Under the pieces are notes generated by a model that worked only from the letters and a program-made list of their open reading frames with translations, was not told where the DNA came from and ran no database searches. A program made the position numbers and the translations under genes. Below, piece after piece: positions 36,716 to 50,449 of a stretch of DNA of 64,000 nucleotides; position 1 is the first letter of the stretch; every line of letters starts with the position of its first letter. This DNA is from Podarcis liolepis (Eukaryota): NCBI GenBank assembly GCA_965112155.1, contig OZ218099.1; one strand, given 5' to 3'.

Positions 36716-38362
36716 TCCAAAATCTCAGTTATCCAAACACAAAGAATTATACCCAAACCTCACTACACAAATGGCTGATTCAGATATCTTGAACAGCCGA
36801 GAGTTTGCCCACTTCCTTACTTGTTTGTGTTTTGCTGGTTGGCGGCAGCCATTTTAAGCAGAAAGCATGGAGGGAGGACGAGAGATCAGACAAATTGGAG
36901 AGCTGGAGAGATCAGACAAATCCCCCCCCCTTGTTTGACTTCTGCTGATTGGCTGCAGCAGTCTCAGTCAGAAAGCAGGGGGGGAGGAAGAACCGACAAA
37001 TCACGAATTAGATATGTCCCCATAGGAAATAATGAAAGTCATCAACTTGTTATGCAAACACTCGCTTAACAAACAATTTCCTGGGATATTGAAAAGCAGG
37101 GCCTGCGTGTGCTTTTGAATTTGTTTGTGTTAGTCTAATTACATAGTCCCTTAGCACTGTGTCTGGGATTGCTATAGAGATTCCAGCTCTCTTTCAAGGG
37201 GCTGCTTGCATATTACATTTCCCCTGCTGCTCTAGAGTGAAAAGCACTGAACTGTCTAGAAATGGTGCTGGCTCTGCACTTTCTCTCTCTCTCATGCCTG
37301 TGACATAAGTGAAGAACAAGATACTTGATGGCCAAGAGAGCTCCTCTGTTGAACACTGTCAAAAGCCAATAGTTCCACTCAGTAGTTCTTTTGGTGTTTT
37401 TTTAAAGAAAACTTTATGAATAGCAATAACTTTATATGATGCTGAGGAAGATAAATGGAGCATAAATGGAAAAAGAACTTTACCCTCAGGCCTCGTCGTT
37501 TAGCGATTCATAAGCCATTAATCGCCTCATACCCATCAAGTACATTTGTCACTTGAATAGGCTCCGGGGTACTTGTGAGTGGAGCTTGGCAAACTAATTA
37601 CAGTGCTAATGTAATTACACATAAATGGAATGCAAGTGTATGTGTGTAAGAGACAAGAGAAGGAGATTGGCCGTATAACCAACGAGCGTTCCCGTTCATG
37701 CAGGCATCGCATATAATTCTTGCTTACTGTTTAAAAGCCCCAGTGGAGCGCCAGTCTTCTGCTCGCCTTCAGAACTAAGCAAAGCCAGCCAGGAGATGGA
37801 AGAGGTTTTTCAGCATCTCTGTCCCATTTCTTGTGGGTTCAGCTGGCGATATCACTAACAATGAAAAATTTACAGTCTTCACTGGCCAGAGGGAAAAGGC
37901 TGTAACAGAAGGCGTAGGGTAAGGATACAGTTGCAGGCATAAGAAGTTTGTTTCCACTTTGAATTAAATAGGCACCCTCTCAGTGCTTTTGTCAACTCTG
38001 GCTTGGTGTTATATTTCTTTTGAAAACCCTCTCCGTACCTTCTTCACCTTTGTCCTGCTTTGTGAAAGGAGAGCAGTTTGGACCCAATGCTAAGCCATAG
38101 TTTGTTTAAACCACGGTTTGTGAAGAAGTAGGGTTCCACTCACAGACAAACAAAGGAACAGTGGTTTATTTCATTTGAGGTTGGTTTCTTGTCCCCCTGC
38201 CTCTTTTTAGCATTTCAGGGCTGGCTTCCGTTACAGAGTTTTTATTGGGAGTAGTGACTTTCTTATTTCTTTTTATACAAGTGTTCATCTTCCTGCTTAA
38301 CTGGTAAGCTGAACGATGCAAGCTCTGTAGGCCTACTTCTTCAGAGAGGTGGATAAATACTA

Positions 38363-38563
38363 CAGTGGTACCTCGGGTTAAGTACTTAATTCGTTCCGGA
38401 GGTCTGTTCTTAACCTGAAACTGTTCTTAACCTGAAGCACCACTGCCGCGCCGCCGGAGCACGATTTCTGTTCTCACCCTGAAGCAAAGTTCTTAACCTG
38501 AAGCACTATTTCTGGGTTAGCGGAGTCTGTAACCTGAAGCGTATGTAACCCGAGGTACCACTG
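38363..38563. mobile_element. Tc1/mariner-type MITE, family B (opposite orientation to 22929)
   Basis: Perfect TIR cagtggtacctcgggtta / taacccgaggtaccactg with TA flanks. Internal taacctgaa repeats. Confidence 0.9.
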
Positions 38564-41500
38564 TACTAGTTTATAGTACATTCTCTGGAATTCCATTTGC
38601 ACCTCCTATCTATTCCACAGGTTGACAAAGATCCTTACCTCTTCCTTGTTCCAGTCTTTGACTGCATGTATGTGGGGTGCCAATTGCTGTGAAATCCTTG
38701 TATCCTTAGCAGCAGCAGAGGGAGTCTATGAGAGAAAGTCTTGTCTGCCGTAGCTGTGGCATAGACACTGACCTCTCTGTGTGTTTTAGGTCCCAAGAAT
38801 ACCAATTTAGATTACACATATTAAGTTTATTCACCTTCCAAGGAAACATGAAGAAGTACCAGGTGTGTATATGGGCTTTTTATTGTCCTTTACTGGACAA
38901 TACTTGTCACATGCTCTTCACAGCCTTGATACCTAGGGTCCAGCATGACTGCCTCAAGGGAGCATGCATGCCTGGGTTGCTTGGGTCCATGGAAATGGCT
39001 TTCTGGAGTCACTCTTCGGTCAACAATGTACTAAGTACAGAGGATTCGCAAATGTGGCTTTCCCAGAAGCAGAGCTGCAAAAAGCACTTGAGTGTGGAGG
39101 AGCAAAGGTTGGTGTTGTCTGCTTCCTTCGTGTGGGTTTTTGCATTGGTTTTTAAAATTGGATAAGTTGCTAAGAGCAAAATTATGCTTTTATTATGCGT
39201 TCCTGGATAGATGTTAGGAAAATGGCCCAACCTTTTTCTCAGGTTTTTTCTTCCCACAAGGGTGCTGCAGAGCTAGGCTGGAGAGAGGGGGCTAGTCAGC
39301 AAGGAGGTTTGTGGAGGAAGAAGCCTGCTGTCAGGTAGAGTGAGGACAAGGTGCAGAAAACGTTGCCCTGTTCCTCTGTAACCTTGCAAAGTGAATGGCT
39401 GGGATGGAGATTTGGGGGGGAAACTAGGATGAAATCAAGATAGTCTGATCAGACATGACACCAAACCATGGTTAATGCAAGTCAGGATTGCCATGGTTTC
39501 AGATTATGGTTTGTTGGCTCCCAATAAACCATACAAACCATAGCTAATTCGTTGGGAAGCGAGTTGAGATGTGGAAATAAAACCACAGTTAAGCTAACAA
39601 ACCATGGCTTAGCATTAACTTGAAACATAGATTCATAGCAAAGACACTGCCATAATTGCTGTTCTACTTAATATCTGTACTGGCTCTACCTCAGATTTAA
39701 TGTATGAGCATTAAGAAAAATGTGGTCAGTTACAGTAGACTATTTGTTGTCCTCCACCTTAGTTTACCTGTTAGACTGCATAAAAGAAAAAAGAAAAGAA
39801 AAGCAGGAATCATGCAAACTAGGGCTTCCAAATATTGAAACTTGTTTGGTTGACTGGCTTTGAATTTCTTAACAGTTGGTTGACATAGAAATAATTGGTT
39901 TACATTGAAATAAATACATGTTTTTTCTCAGCACAGGTGTCATTTAGGTTATTTGTAGAATGGAAGTGCTGATTTCTCATTTAATAGCACAGCAGAATAA
40001 TTTGTTTAGACAGACCTTGCTTCAACTTGAATGAATTGTTCAGTTAATGCTTTCAGTCCTATGAAATGATACTTCCAATAATATATAAACAAAGAATCCT
40101 CAAGCTAGCTAGCTTTGTCACATCTGGCCTGCAATACACACTTCAGGTTCTGTAGCAGTGAAGAACAAGTAGAAAGGCACTTGTTTTCCAAAACATAACT
40201 GGATCCTGAAATGCTTGATGAACTGACTTGTTCTCCTCAAGCTCATGGAAAGCATTCCAGTCGCTTCAGGGCTAGGGTCCTCCTCCCCACATTTTCCAGA
40301 GGCAGGGCCCTTCAACTTTTGTTGATGCAGAAGGAGATGGATCTCCCTCCGTGTTCCCATGTCAGACCTGCCTAATGTCAGAAATACAGAGTCTTGTCAG
40401 AGCTCCAGAGAAATTTGACAGTCCTCCCCAAAAGGATAGCTTTGATCTTTTACCCAGCCTGTCATGAATTAGGCAGGGCAAGTGCAAGGGAAATGGAACA
40501 TTAGTCCATTCGGTACCTCTTTGCTCCCTCTTACAACTGGGTGGTGGGAGTGCACAACAGTGTCTGCAGGTTCTGTGGGTGGAATGAGCATCTGGGGGCA
40601 GAAAGGTAAGGACAGCAAAGGGATTGCAGCCTAGACAACAGAGGTATTTTGTTGTAGAACACTCCGTTTTCTCTTCTCACTGCCATCCCCCCACATCACT
40701 GCTCAGCAATGGCATGATATAGGCTCTGCTCCTTTGGTGGGGGGGGGGAGCGGCCTGACCAAAGGGGCCTTCCCCAGCCATTCCTTACCCTGGTCTTCAC
40801 TCAAACAAGAAGGGAAAAGGGAATAGAAGCAGCTCCCCAGGAAGAGGCAAAGAGAGAGAGGCACCACAATAGCTACAACAGGTTTTCTAGCATTGTGATC
40901 CTACTCAGTCCTCAGAGAAAAGGCATGTGTCGTGGTCAGAAACCTGCCAGGATTTGATTATCTAAATGCACATAGCCTCTCCTTCCTTGACTCAGGATCT
41001 CGATTAGGGAAAAGGCTTACCATTTTAAAGGGTGCTAATATGCATACTCAAGCTCTCGCTGGACAATGCTTCTTTATACTGCCATCTTCAGTAGAAGCCA
41101 GTAGCTATAAAGCCCCTCTCAAAAAGTTGTCTGTGTGTACTGTGCCATGAAGCAGTATATACTAAGACTGTGTACCAGCCACAAGATTCAACCTGTACCT
41201 GTAGCTTTGGGAAGCAACCCATCTGTTTTAGCAACTTTTATGTCTTTTCAGCTCAACACATTATTTGAGACCAGATAGATCTGTTAGAAAAACGAATCTG
41301 TTGCTTTCTTTCCATTCACTACAATGGGGAATATAAAAACAGGGATATAACTTTTTTAGTTTTACAGAGGTGCATGAAGGTTGCAGACATAAGAGCCTCT
41401 CCAGAATAGATTAAGCCTGCAAAATTGTAGGCAACTGATTTTTATTTTATTTTTTAAAATGGGGTTTCTGTTCCCCATAACATATTTTTGCAGATACAGA

Positions 41501-42481
41501 AAGAGAGAGCTCTCTATCAACTATGCTTCACTTTGCCTTTTTTCTTTTTTTAAAAAAGGCCACCCAGGTCTACCTGGGACTTTAGCAAGTTCCTGATCCA
41601 TTGCTTTGTTAGCGGCACAATCTAACTACAGAATATGAAAACCTCACCCAAATCACCCCTATTTGCCTTATAATTTGGGAAGTACACAGAGTCAATGCAT
41701 GCTTCCTATTATATATCAAATTAAGATTCTGAAAGCATCCTGTAGTCATCCATGAGGTTTGCCAACAGCAAAACTGGTACTGTTAGGTTTCTCTGCATGT
41801 TCTAGCGTAACTATTCTAGCATTTGAAAGCCCTAGTAGGGAATTGTGTTGTCTGGCTGGCTGAATCCCAGACTGACATAGACATGCAAGATGCCAATCCA
41901 GATCCTTGCCTAAACTTGTCAGGCCAAGGAAAACAGCATGAAAATGGATGGCTCTTTGAGACGCGCTTTATGTTGCCCAGGTGTCCAAGCACATTGTAGA
42001 TCTGCATGTTTTCTGAGCCAATTACTCCCTGCCAAAATTCAGATAGTGGTATCTGAATAAATTGTTCAAATTGCATACACCTTATTCTCTCAACAATGTT
42101 TAACTCTCCCTCTCTGTTTTAATATTGTGCCTATCCTTGGTCTTCTGCACAGCTGTTAACACAAAACTGCTCAGATTTCTGCATTATTTTCCATAATTTA
42201 TTCTGTGTACAACCTTAGGTTTTTCAAAGAATTTAGTGTTCTTGACAAGAGGTGGGGAAACAGAAATGCGTAAAGAGAGAGAAAGGACTGGATACTGAGA
42301 CCTAAACGCTTGTGAAAGGGGTGTGTACTGGGAATAGCTACAGGGCAAAGAGAATAGAGAACCAAAGTCCCAGCTCTCAATCACTGGCAGTGCTTCACCA
42401 AATGCTACAAAAAAACAGCTTCTTTCTACTTAATAGCTTTAACTAGGAAGTAACTACTTGTACCATAATCATACCCTAGAT

Positions 42482-42712
42482 CAGTAGCTCCCAACCTTTT
42501 TTGGCCATGCCCCACCTAAGCATCTCTAAAATCCTGATGCCCTCCCCCCGTGAGATGTAATTCTTATTATTTAAAAAGTGAACTCCTATCCACGTGGAGG
42601 AAGCCTAAAATGAGTTATTAACTATTAATAACTCATTCTCAAATTCCCACCCCCTTAAAAATCAAATTGCCCCCCCCCCTGTGGGGTGTGTACCCCACAT
42701 TGGAAACCATGG
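42482..42712. mobile_element. hAT-Charlie-type MITE
   Basis: Ends cagtagctcccaa / ttggaaaccatgg. Flanks ccctagat / tcctagac resemble the Charlie target NTCTAGAN. Confidence 0.58.
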
Positions 42713-42844
42713 TCCTAGACCCAAGCCCAGGAGGGGGTGACATTTCAGGATCAGGACATCCTGGACTGCAGGCCCATTACCATGAAGAAGAATAAAAGAG
42801 GCTAAATTGCCAGACTTAATTATCTGTAACTATATGGAGTATCT

Positions 42845-43196
42845 GGACGCGGGTGGCATTGTGGTCTAAACCACTGATCCTAGGGCTTGCCGATCAGAAG
42901 GTCAGCGGTTCGACGGGGTGAACTCCTGTTGCTCGGTCCCAGCTCCTGCCAACCTAGCAATTCAAAAGCACGTCAAAGTGCAAGGCAAGTAGATAAATAG
43001 GTACCGCTCCGGTGGGAAGGTAAACAGTGTTTCCGGGCGCTGCCCTGGTTTCGCCAGAAGCGGCTTAGTCATGCTGGCCACATGACCTGGAAGCTCTTCG
43101 CCGGTTCCCTCGGCCAGTAAAGCGAGAGGAGTGCTGCAACCCCAGAGTCGTTCATGACTGGACCTAACAGTCAGGGGTCCCTTTACCTTTACCTTT
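42845..43196 (+). mobile_element. Sauria SINE, near full length
   Basis: Head ggacgcgggtggcattgtggtctaaacc, core aagtagataaataggtacc, and (ACCTTT)n tail. 14-bp TSD tatatggagtatct / tatatggggtatct. Confidence 0.9.
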
Positions 43197-46100
43197 TATA
43201 TGGGGTATCTACTAAAGGTGCACCATATATATCCACTACCCCCTGCACACTTTTACAAGGCCATTCATACCTTGAAAAAAATTGGGGTGGGGATATTTGG
43301 AGACCTGGGGAGGAAATGGCAAAATTCTTACACCTTTTTAGGCTCTCTTTTAGGTTGCTGGCTCTGTAGAGCAAACACAAACAAACAAACAAACAAAACA
43401 TGCTTATAGATGAAATTCTAGAATTTGTGGTTTGAGACACAAGAGAGTCCCGTGCCACTATGTGTGACATGCTGTCTCAAGAGCAACAAGCCCCAAAGAG
43501 TTCCTGCTGGCATTTCCTAGTCTGAGGCACCAACAGGGTCTGGCAGCAGGAGGGTGGAGCAAGCACTACAATAATCAAGGGCATTAACATCACAGGGAAA
43601 GTGGGAGTCCATGTTGCCAATAGGATTTCTAAGCCCCAGGACATATGTGGCTTCTGAATCCTGGCTTGCTTGGAAGCCGTTGACCTTAGTTTCAGAGACG
43701 TACATAGGGTCCCTTGCATCCTTGCAAGGAGCTGATACAGCACCCACCCACCCGCCGAAAAATATCACTTTACTGCACACTTTTGTGCCATGCTGCAGGA
43801 AGGACTGGAAGCTTCTCCTGCATTTGAATTCACTGTGACAGCGGCGGCGTGCCACCACACACATACATTGTACACTCCATAGTCTGGGAGGTGATTTCTT
43901 CCCCCTCCCTGGGTCTGCGCCCCCCAGCGGGGGCCAGTTTCACAAACCCCTGGGTATGTCTCTGCTTGGTTTCCAGTTCACATATGGCAGTAAGCTATGG
44001 TAAACTTCACTTCCTACTTTGTTTTGTCCACGCACATGAAGGAAGGAGTGAAGCAGCAGCAAGGGGGCTCTGTGTACTTGCATGAATTTCCATTCATTCA
44101 TTCGAAACATGTACCTCCTGCTCTGCAACTGGAAAAGCTCCCAATTAAAAAACTAGCAAACCAGGCTTTCAGTACATGACGAAAAGAAAAGGGGATGGGA
44201 AGCGAAGAGGAACAGAAGCTCAACCTATTATTCTGTAACTACTACTTTTGCAGTCTGGATCCAACCTTTACACTATCTTGCAGTTGTTACTTTTCTGCCC
44301 GTATTAAGAGAAGCCTTTTATTCCTCCCCTCTTTTGATCCTCACATTCAGTTCATCACATCATTGTCCCAGGGGTCATGGCCAGAGGTTAGGGTGCACCA
44401 CCTTAGAGATCAACAGGAAGCCCATTTGATAGGAGCACCTGCAGAAGAGCCTTTGAAGATAGCTTACATTGATTGGTCAGATGTAACCAGTGTATTTGGT
44501 CTCAAGGGGAGTGCATAGAAGAATGGATCTGAGAGATGGGGAGCAATGTCTAAAGGGCATTTGTTATTTGCGTAAAATTAATATGTATGCTCATCATATT
44601 CTCATGTCTGGCAGTCATACATCCAGAAACATAAGAAACTTAAACAAAGGGACCTAAAAATCCCAAAGGACACCAATCAATGCTCTAATATTTCAAAATA
44701 GGAAAAAAGGAAGCAGATCTGTGTTACAACTTTGTACTGGGTGCAGAGGAATAATTATTGCGCCCTGAATATGTGCTACAGGAGTGTAAGTTGTGGATTT
44801 GCCAGTTGTGTTTACACCACTGATTTTGCACTGAATGCAATGTGTGCATATTACAGATAAATCACAGCATCATTCTGCACCACGAACATATGGTGTGAAC
44901 CATAACTGAAAATCACTTTTATGATCCTGCTTATGAATAAGATAATCTGTATTGCTCTACAAATTTGGTTAGGTGGTGGTAATTGTGTACTTTTGATTTA
45001 ATTGTGGTCATCTAACCTGTTTTCTTTTGCATATTCATCATTTATTTATTGATTTAGATTTCAGTTGGGGAAATATGATGCAAATACCCTTAGCAAAATA
45101 AAATGTGTAGCAGCAAGAGTGTCTTGCAAATATAGCACTTCTCAAAGTACCCCTCTGAGACACCCTGCTTATTCAGTGTTTTTAAAGGTAAGAGCTATGG
45201 TGCTCTAGTTAGCCTTATTGTACATGCTCAATGGCAGACTGTTCCATTGAACAGTGGGGTTGCATTCCTATTGGCCTTGGAAAAGTGTTGGAATGGAAAA
45301 AAAACCCTCAAAGAACAAGTTGAGTGAGAATGAAGGCTTGGTGAAATTTTAACATTTGTAGATTTTCCTGCTTTAGTTGCTAGTTTTTATTTATTTATTT
45401 GTATCTTTTAAAAAACTGTATATCATTTCTCTCCCATTATCAACATCTTAGCTAATTAACAAAATATCAATAAAATGTCCAAATAACAATTATTAAAAAA
45501 CAAATAATCATGTGACTAAGGTAGCAGCCAGAAATTACTTTTGCTAACAAGACGTGTTTGGTATAATTTCAAAGTAAAGATTCCTGCTGTGGATCAGCCA
45601 CTGACAGGATCACATTACTAGCTATTGTTACTGAGAAATCTGGTATAATGAGAATAAAAAGCAAAGTAAGACATACAAAAAGTAAGCAGACCACCCCATT
45701 TTAGCATATCAGCTGACTAGGGAAAACAAAGAACCACTACCACAAAAAGGGGTAGATTTTAAGAGTGCAAGAAAAAAAATTATAAAATACAGTTAACATA
45801 AATACCAAAAAATACAAAACAAATTAATTTTTCGCTTTTTGTAAAGTTTGTGAATGCCCCCTCCCCTTTAAATTTTGTGCAGGGGGTGTAAAGCAAACTA
45901 ATAAACACATTGTGAGCAGTTGCCATTACTGTTAAAGTGGATCAGTTTTCACAAGCTTATTTGCATCAAAGCATTCTTTTTAAAAGTTCAAACAACAGAG
46001 AACATCCTTGCAAGACATAAATGTTGATACTGCCAAAGCAAATTATTGGCACTGGTTTGACTGATCTCATCCCTCTTTACTACCCACTGTTTGCCACTTT

Positions 46101-46609
46101 AATGGACACATCCTTTTATTACTAACTGTGACACATAAACTCAGCCTTCAGAACCAAAAGCAGCTTTCTGAACAAGACCTTGTTTTACCAATCCATTTGT
46201 CTATTCAACACTATAAAGTGTTTCTTTTATGTACAATGACCTTGTAAAAATACCCTTTATAGGTAGTTACTTATGTAGCTCAGGTACAATGGCAGGTACT
46301 CCAGGGAGTTGCTTCCAGGACTTAAAAGCAAGACTGGTTAACAGAACAGTCATAGTCCACAAAGGGAGCAGGATTGTTGTTTCTTTAAGTAGGCACCAAT
46401 TATAGTCAAGGGAGGCAAGCATTCTTTTCTATGCCCAGCTTTGGCACCTATTTCGATTGGGCTAAGGTGATGAGGCTCTGTCAACGATGTGCTCCTTTTG
46501 TGTCGGTTGTGCTGCGATTAAACATAACACCCACCCTTTCTCACTGCGACAAAGTTTGAGAACCCTTGACATTAAAGTAATTTGAGCGTCGTTGTTTTTG
46601 GTCTTTTAG

Positions 46610-46821
46610 AAAAGCCAGAAATGGATGAATTCACCTTGGAAAGAGTACTGGAGGAGCTGGAGACGCTGTGCTATGAGAACATGAACGTTGCCATCGAGAC
46701 AGAAGAAGGTCTCGGCATAGAGTACGATGAGGATGTCGTGTGTGACGTGTGCCGCTCGCCAGAAGGAGAGGATGGCAACGAGATGGTTTTCTGTGACAAA
46801 TGCAACGTCTGCGTGCACCAG
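46610..46821 (+). CDS. JADE2: JADE2 exon, start of PHD1 ([21 protein letters not shown]...[27 protein letters not shown])
   Basis: Acceptor gtcttttag|A and donor CAG|gtgagt. The sequence [27 protein letters not shown] matches JADE2 as I recall it. Confidence 0.97.
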
Positions 46822-49395
46822 GTGAGTAGCATTTCTCACTTTGCTGAGGCAGTACAGCCCCCTCCCCCCGAGGACTTAGTTGCCTGACACACACCAGAAC
46901 CAAGAATGACAGCCATCCTCCAGCCATTACTGCTGTGGCTTGTCACGTCCTCTCATGACATGGGAAAGTTTGGGCTTTTCTTCACAGTTAGCATGTGCAT
47001 TGAGACAACAGTCTTGCCTCAGAGGTAAGAGAGAGGAATCACTGTGCTAGGGAATAGAGGGTGCTGCCAAACTCATCCTGCTTATAATCTCCTGCCTGCC
47101 TTTTGCATTTCTTATTCTTCGGTATTTATGTTCTTCATATGTTATTTCTCCCTGCATTTTGTTTTGTATTGTATTGTGTTCACATTATTGCGTACCATGA
47201 TATTGGAGGAAAAAGAGACATCCTTCAGGCCCACCTGAACATAGGCTTAAGTATATTCACACATGCCTGTGTTGACCAATAGCTTATGCTGGTATAAAAA
47301 CAGTAATATAATGGGTGTAAGGCATGGGGCTAAGTTCTTAAGTTTCGCCCCATGATTTCCTTCCCCTTTTTTATTCAAGTATAGTTGAATCTGGTATATC
47401 TTTAACTACTCATTTACATGCCCTTTTGTAACAAAGTTCTGGTTGATGATTTAATGGCCTTGACTGAGCTGAATATGGCTGTGACTAAGAGAGGATCTTG
47501 GATAAGTTGCTCGCAATCAATTTAATAGACAAATACGTAGCAAATATCCTACGCAGGTCTGTCCAGTCAAGTTTCCCGACTGTCCTTTAGAAGGAAAGAA
47601 AATCCATTGAAGGCCATTGAAGTCAGGCCATCAATAGTGTGAACCTGACTCTGGGATGTTCTGTGTAATCATAGGTAGCTTCCTTTAGGCAGAGAGAACA
47701 GGCTTTCCCCTCTTTCTCTTTTGGCGGAGTTTCAGTGCTGCCACTTGCTAGCAGGATTTGCACCAGAGCATTTTGGGATTTAGAAAAAGAGTTGTTGAGG
47801 AGGACACAGGGCACAGCTTCCATCACTGGTGTCCATTTCCTAGTGGATCACAGTTATGCAAGTCTGATACGTTAAAAGAAAAACATTATCATATCTTCCA
47901 GAGATTACTCTTAGGATGTTACAAGACCAGCATTACAAAGAGGAGTCAGCTTTAGTACAAAAGGTGCATGTCCTTAAATAGGACATGGAAATGAAATGTC
48001 GTATTTCTACAGAAGTAACCACATGTATATGGAAAAAGTAGTCAGCATCATAGTGCTAGGAAGGCTATGGGCTTCTAACATTTCCTTTCCAGTGAGTCTT
48101 CTTTTGTTTTTTGTTCCCTGCCCTCTTCATGTCTATAACAACTCCTCACTTATATGACCAGCCTCTTGTCACTTTTTTTTCTGCTTCCGTGTGTTGTGAC
48201 ACAGTATAAGATGCTTTAAACACATTTTCCCCCCATGAGTTCTAATGCCAAAGAGGCCCAGGAATCATAAAGATTTCTTACACGGCAGAATATAGTGTGG
48301 GCAGGCTATATCCCTGGGTTGATCCAGTATAATGGAAGAAAAGGGTTTCGATAACTCTTTAAGTGTTGTGTACATGAAAGAATTTCAGAACATGCTCTCC
48401 CCCCACCCCCCGATCAACTAAATACAACAAGCTGCACCTGTCAGACAGCTGCAGAAGTTCACTTCTCCTTTGTATCTGTTTACCCTCATCCAGACAAATT
48501 CTTCCCTGGTTTATGTGCTTGAGCAATATATGCAAAAAGACACAGAAATGGTCCCTTGTGAGGTTTTTTATTTGCTTGTTGGTTTTGTCTAATTGCTTCA
48601 TTTGCTGATTTCACAATTTCCCCCAATACATTCAACAGCTACAATTTTGAAGAGAAGCCCAGCAGGGACAGCTGTATTTCCATGGTAGAAAAAGTTCATG
48701 GTGTTGAACTTTTGTCTGTCTTACATGGGACAGAGCCTTTGTCAGAAAAAAAGGTGGTGCTTAATGCACCTCATTGGAGAGTTTCACGCTGTGTTAAGAA
48801 GCAAACATTTCTTCTCTCACTCAAGGCTTGGGCTCATGATTGAAGGATTGCCTCCAGGAAGGCAGGAATTGCTATGTCAGACTGGCTGCATCTTGACCAG
48901 TAGCAACCAGCAACCGGTCCCTTCTGTAGCCTCTTTAAGACATTGCAGTAAACTGAAATATGGCTTACCAAAACCATGCAACTGAGCTGGCTCTCAGAAA
49001 GAAGCTTCCACCCACTTTGCTCCTCCTCAGTCCTTTTAGCTGTGCTACAGGTCATGGTTAACAAGGTGAGGCCTTAACTAGGATCCTGGGTTCAGATGTT
49101 CTGCTCAGCCAAGCCTTAACTTAGCTGCCCCACCATACTGTGCTAAAAGAACCGGGGAAGAGCAAAGCAGGTGCAAGCTCATAGTTTGCCTTATCATGAC
49201 ATGCAAACCACATGCAGACGAGGAAGGCATGCCTTGCAATTGCCCACAAAGTGTGTCACCAGCAGTTTCTGTGCACGCTAAAATTTTACGACCTTATTTT
49301 GGCCCTCTACCAAAAAGCAGATGAGAAAACTTTGCCTTTAAAAAACAACAACAGTCATATGAATTTCAAAATTGGAAACAGGTAGGGGTGCTGAG

Positions 49396-49702
49396 GGGGG
49401 CGCGCGGGGGGCGCTATGGGTAAAACCTCAGTGCCGTCGTTCGGTCCCAGCTCCTGCCCACCTAGCCGTTCGAAAGCACAATTAAGTGCAAGTAGATAAA
49501 TAGGTACCACTTTCTAGCGAGAAGGTAAACGGCGTTCCGTGTGCTGCTCTGGTGCCGGTTCGCCGGAGCAGCTTCGTCACGCTGGCCACGTGACCCGGAA
49601 GTGTCTGCGGACAGCGCTGGCTCCCGGCCTCTAGAGTGAGATGAGCGCACAACCCTAGAGTCGACAGACTGGCCCGTACGGGCAGGGGTACCTTTACCTT
49701 AC
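49396..49702 (+). mobile_element. Sauria SINE, different subfamily, with internal deletion in the head
   Basis: Same core and cctttacctt tail as 42845. 13-bp TSD taggggtgctgag / taggggcgctgag. Confidence 0.88.
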
Positions 49703-50449
49703 TAGGGGCGCTGAGAGCTGGTCTTTGAAGGAAATACATTTTCGTTTGGTTCATTAGTACCCTTTGCTACTTCTTTGGGTGCAGCTTGTGTGTGCCCCCC
49801 CCCCCTTTCCAAACAAGTATGCTGTTGATCTCAGTGTAGGGATGCAAATGACAGGTGAATTTGAAGGCAGTTGATTATAGATTCCTCTTTGCTCCTAAGG
49901 ATTTCTTCTTACTCCATTCTCTCTGGCACAGTTAAATCAAAGCTGTTTAAACACTGTGCTTCCAAGACACATGAGCTGAGAATGAAGAAAATGGATATTG
50001 GATTTTCTTTAAAAGTCCATAATGTGATTCACACACTAACCTACAAGTGAACTAACCTGGAAGGAAGAACACAACAATCTGGGACACATTGTGAATTTTA
50101 AGGAGCTTATAGTTAAAGATTGCAAACAGCTGCAGGAAAGAGCACAAATTCTACCTTTTCCAAGAGGAACTTTAAATTGTGCATCAACTGCTGTCTTGCC
50201 ACACACGTCAGATCAATTAAATGAATAAGTCAGGAGCTGGTTTTGGATTACCTTTAGGCTTTAAAATTTACCACCTACAGAGGGACCTGCTAATGAGGCA
50301 GTGAGCTTTTAACGTCTAATGTATTCATTCCAGTATGGGTAGCCCACACTGATGGGCTTGAGCTGTAGCTTGTGTGGAAATGAAACTGAGGTGTTACTCT
50401 TTCTCCAAGAGTGCCTTAGTGACTTTCAGGGTGGCTTGAATTCAACATG

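Larger units (their letters stand above)
36503..37105. mobile_element. Old Tigger-like MITE hosting the Penelope-like insertion
   Basis: Imperfect ends caggtccccgct / agcagggcctg. Internal ttatccaaa repeats and a cccataggaaataatg motif similar to MITE C. Confidence 0.4.
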
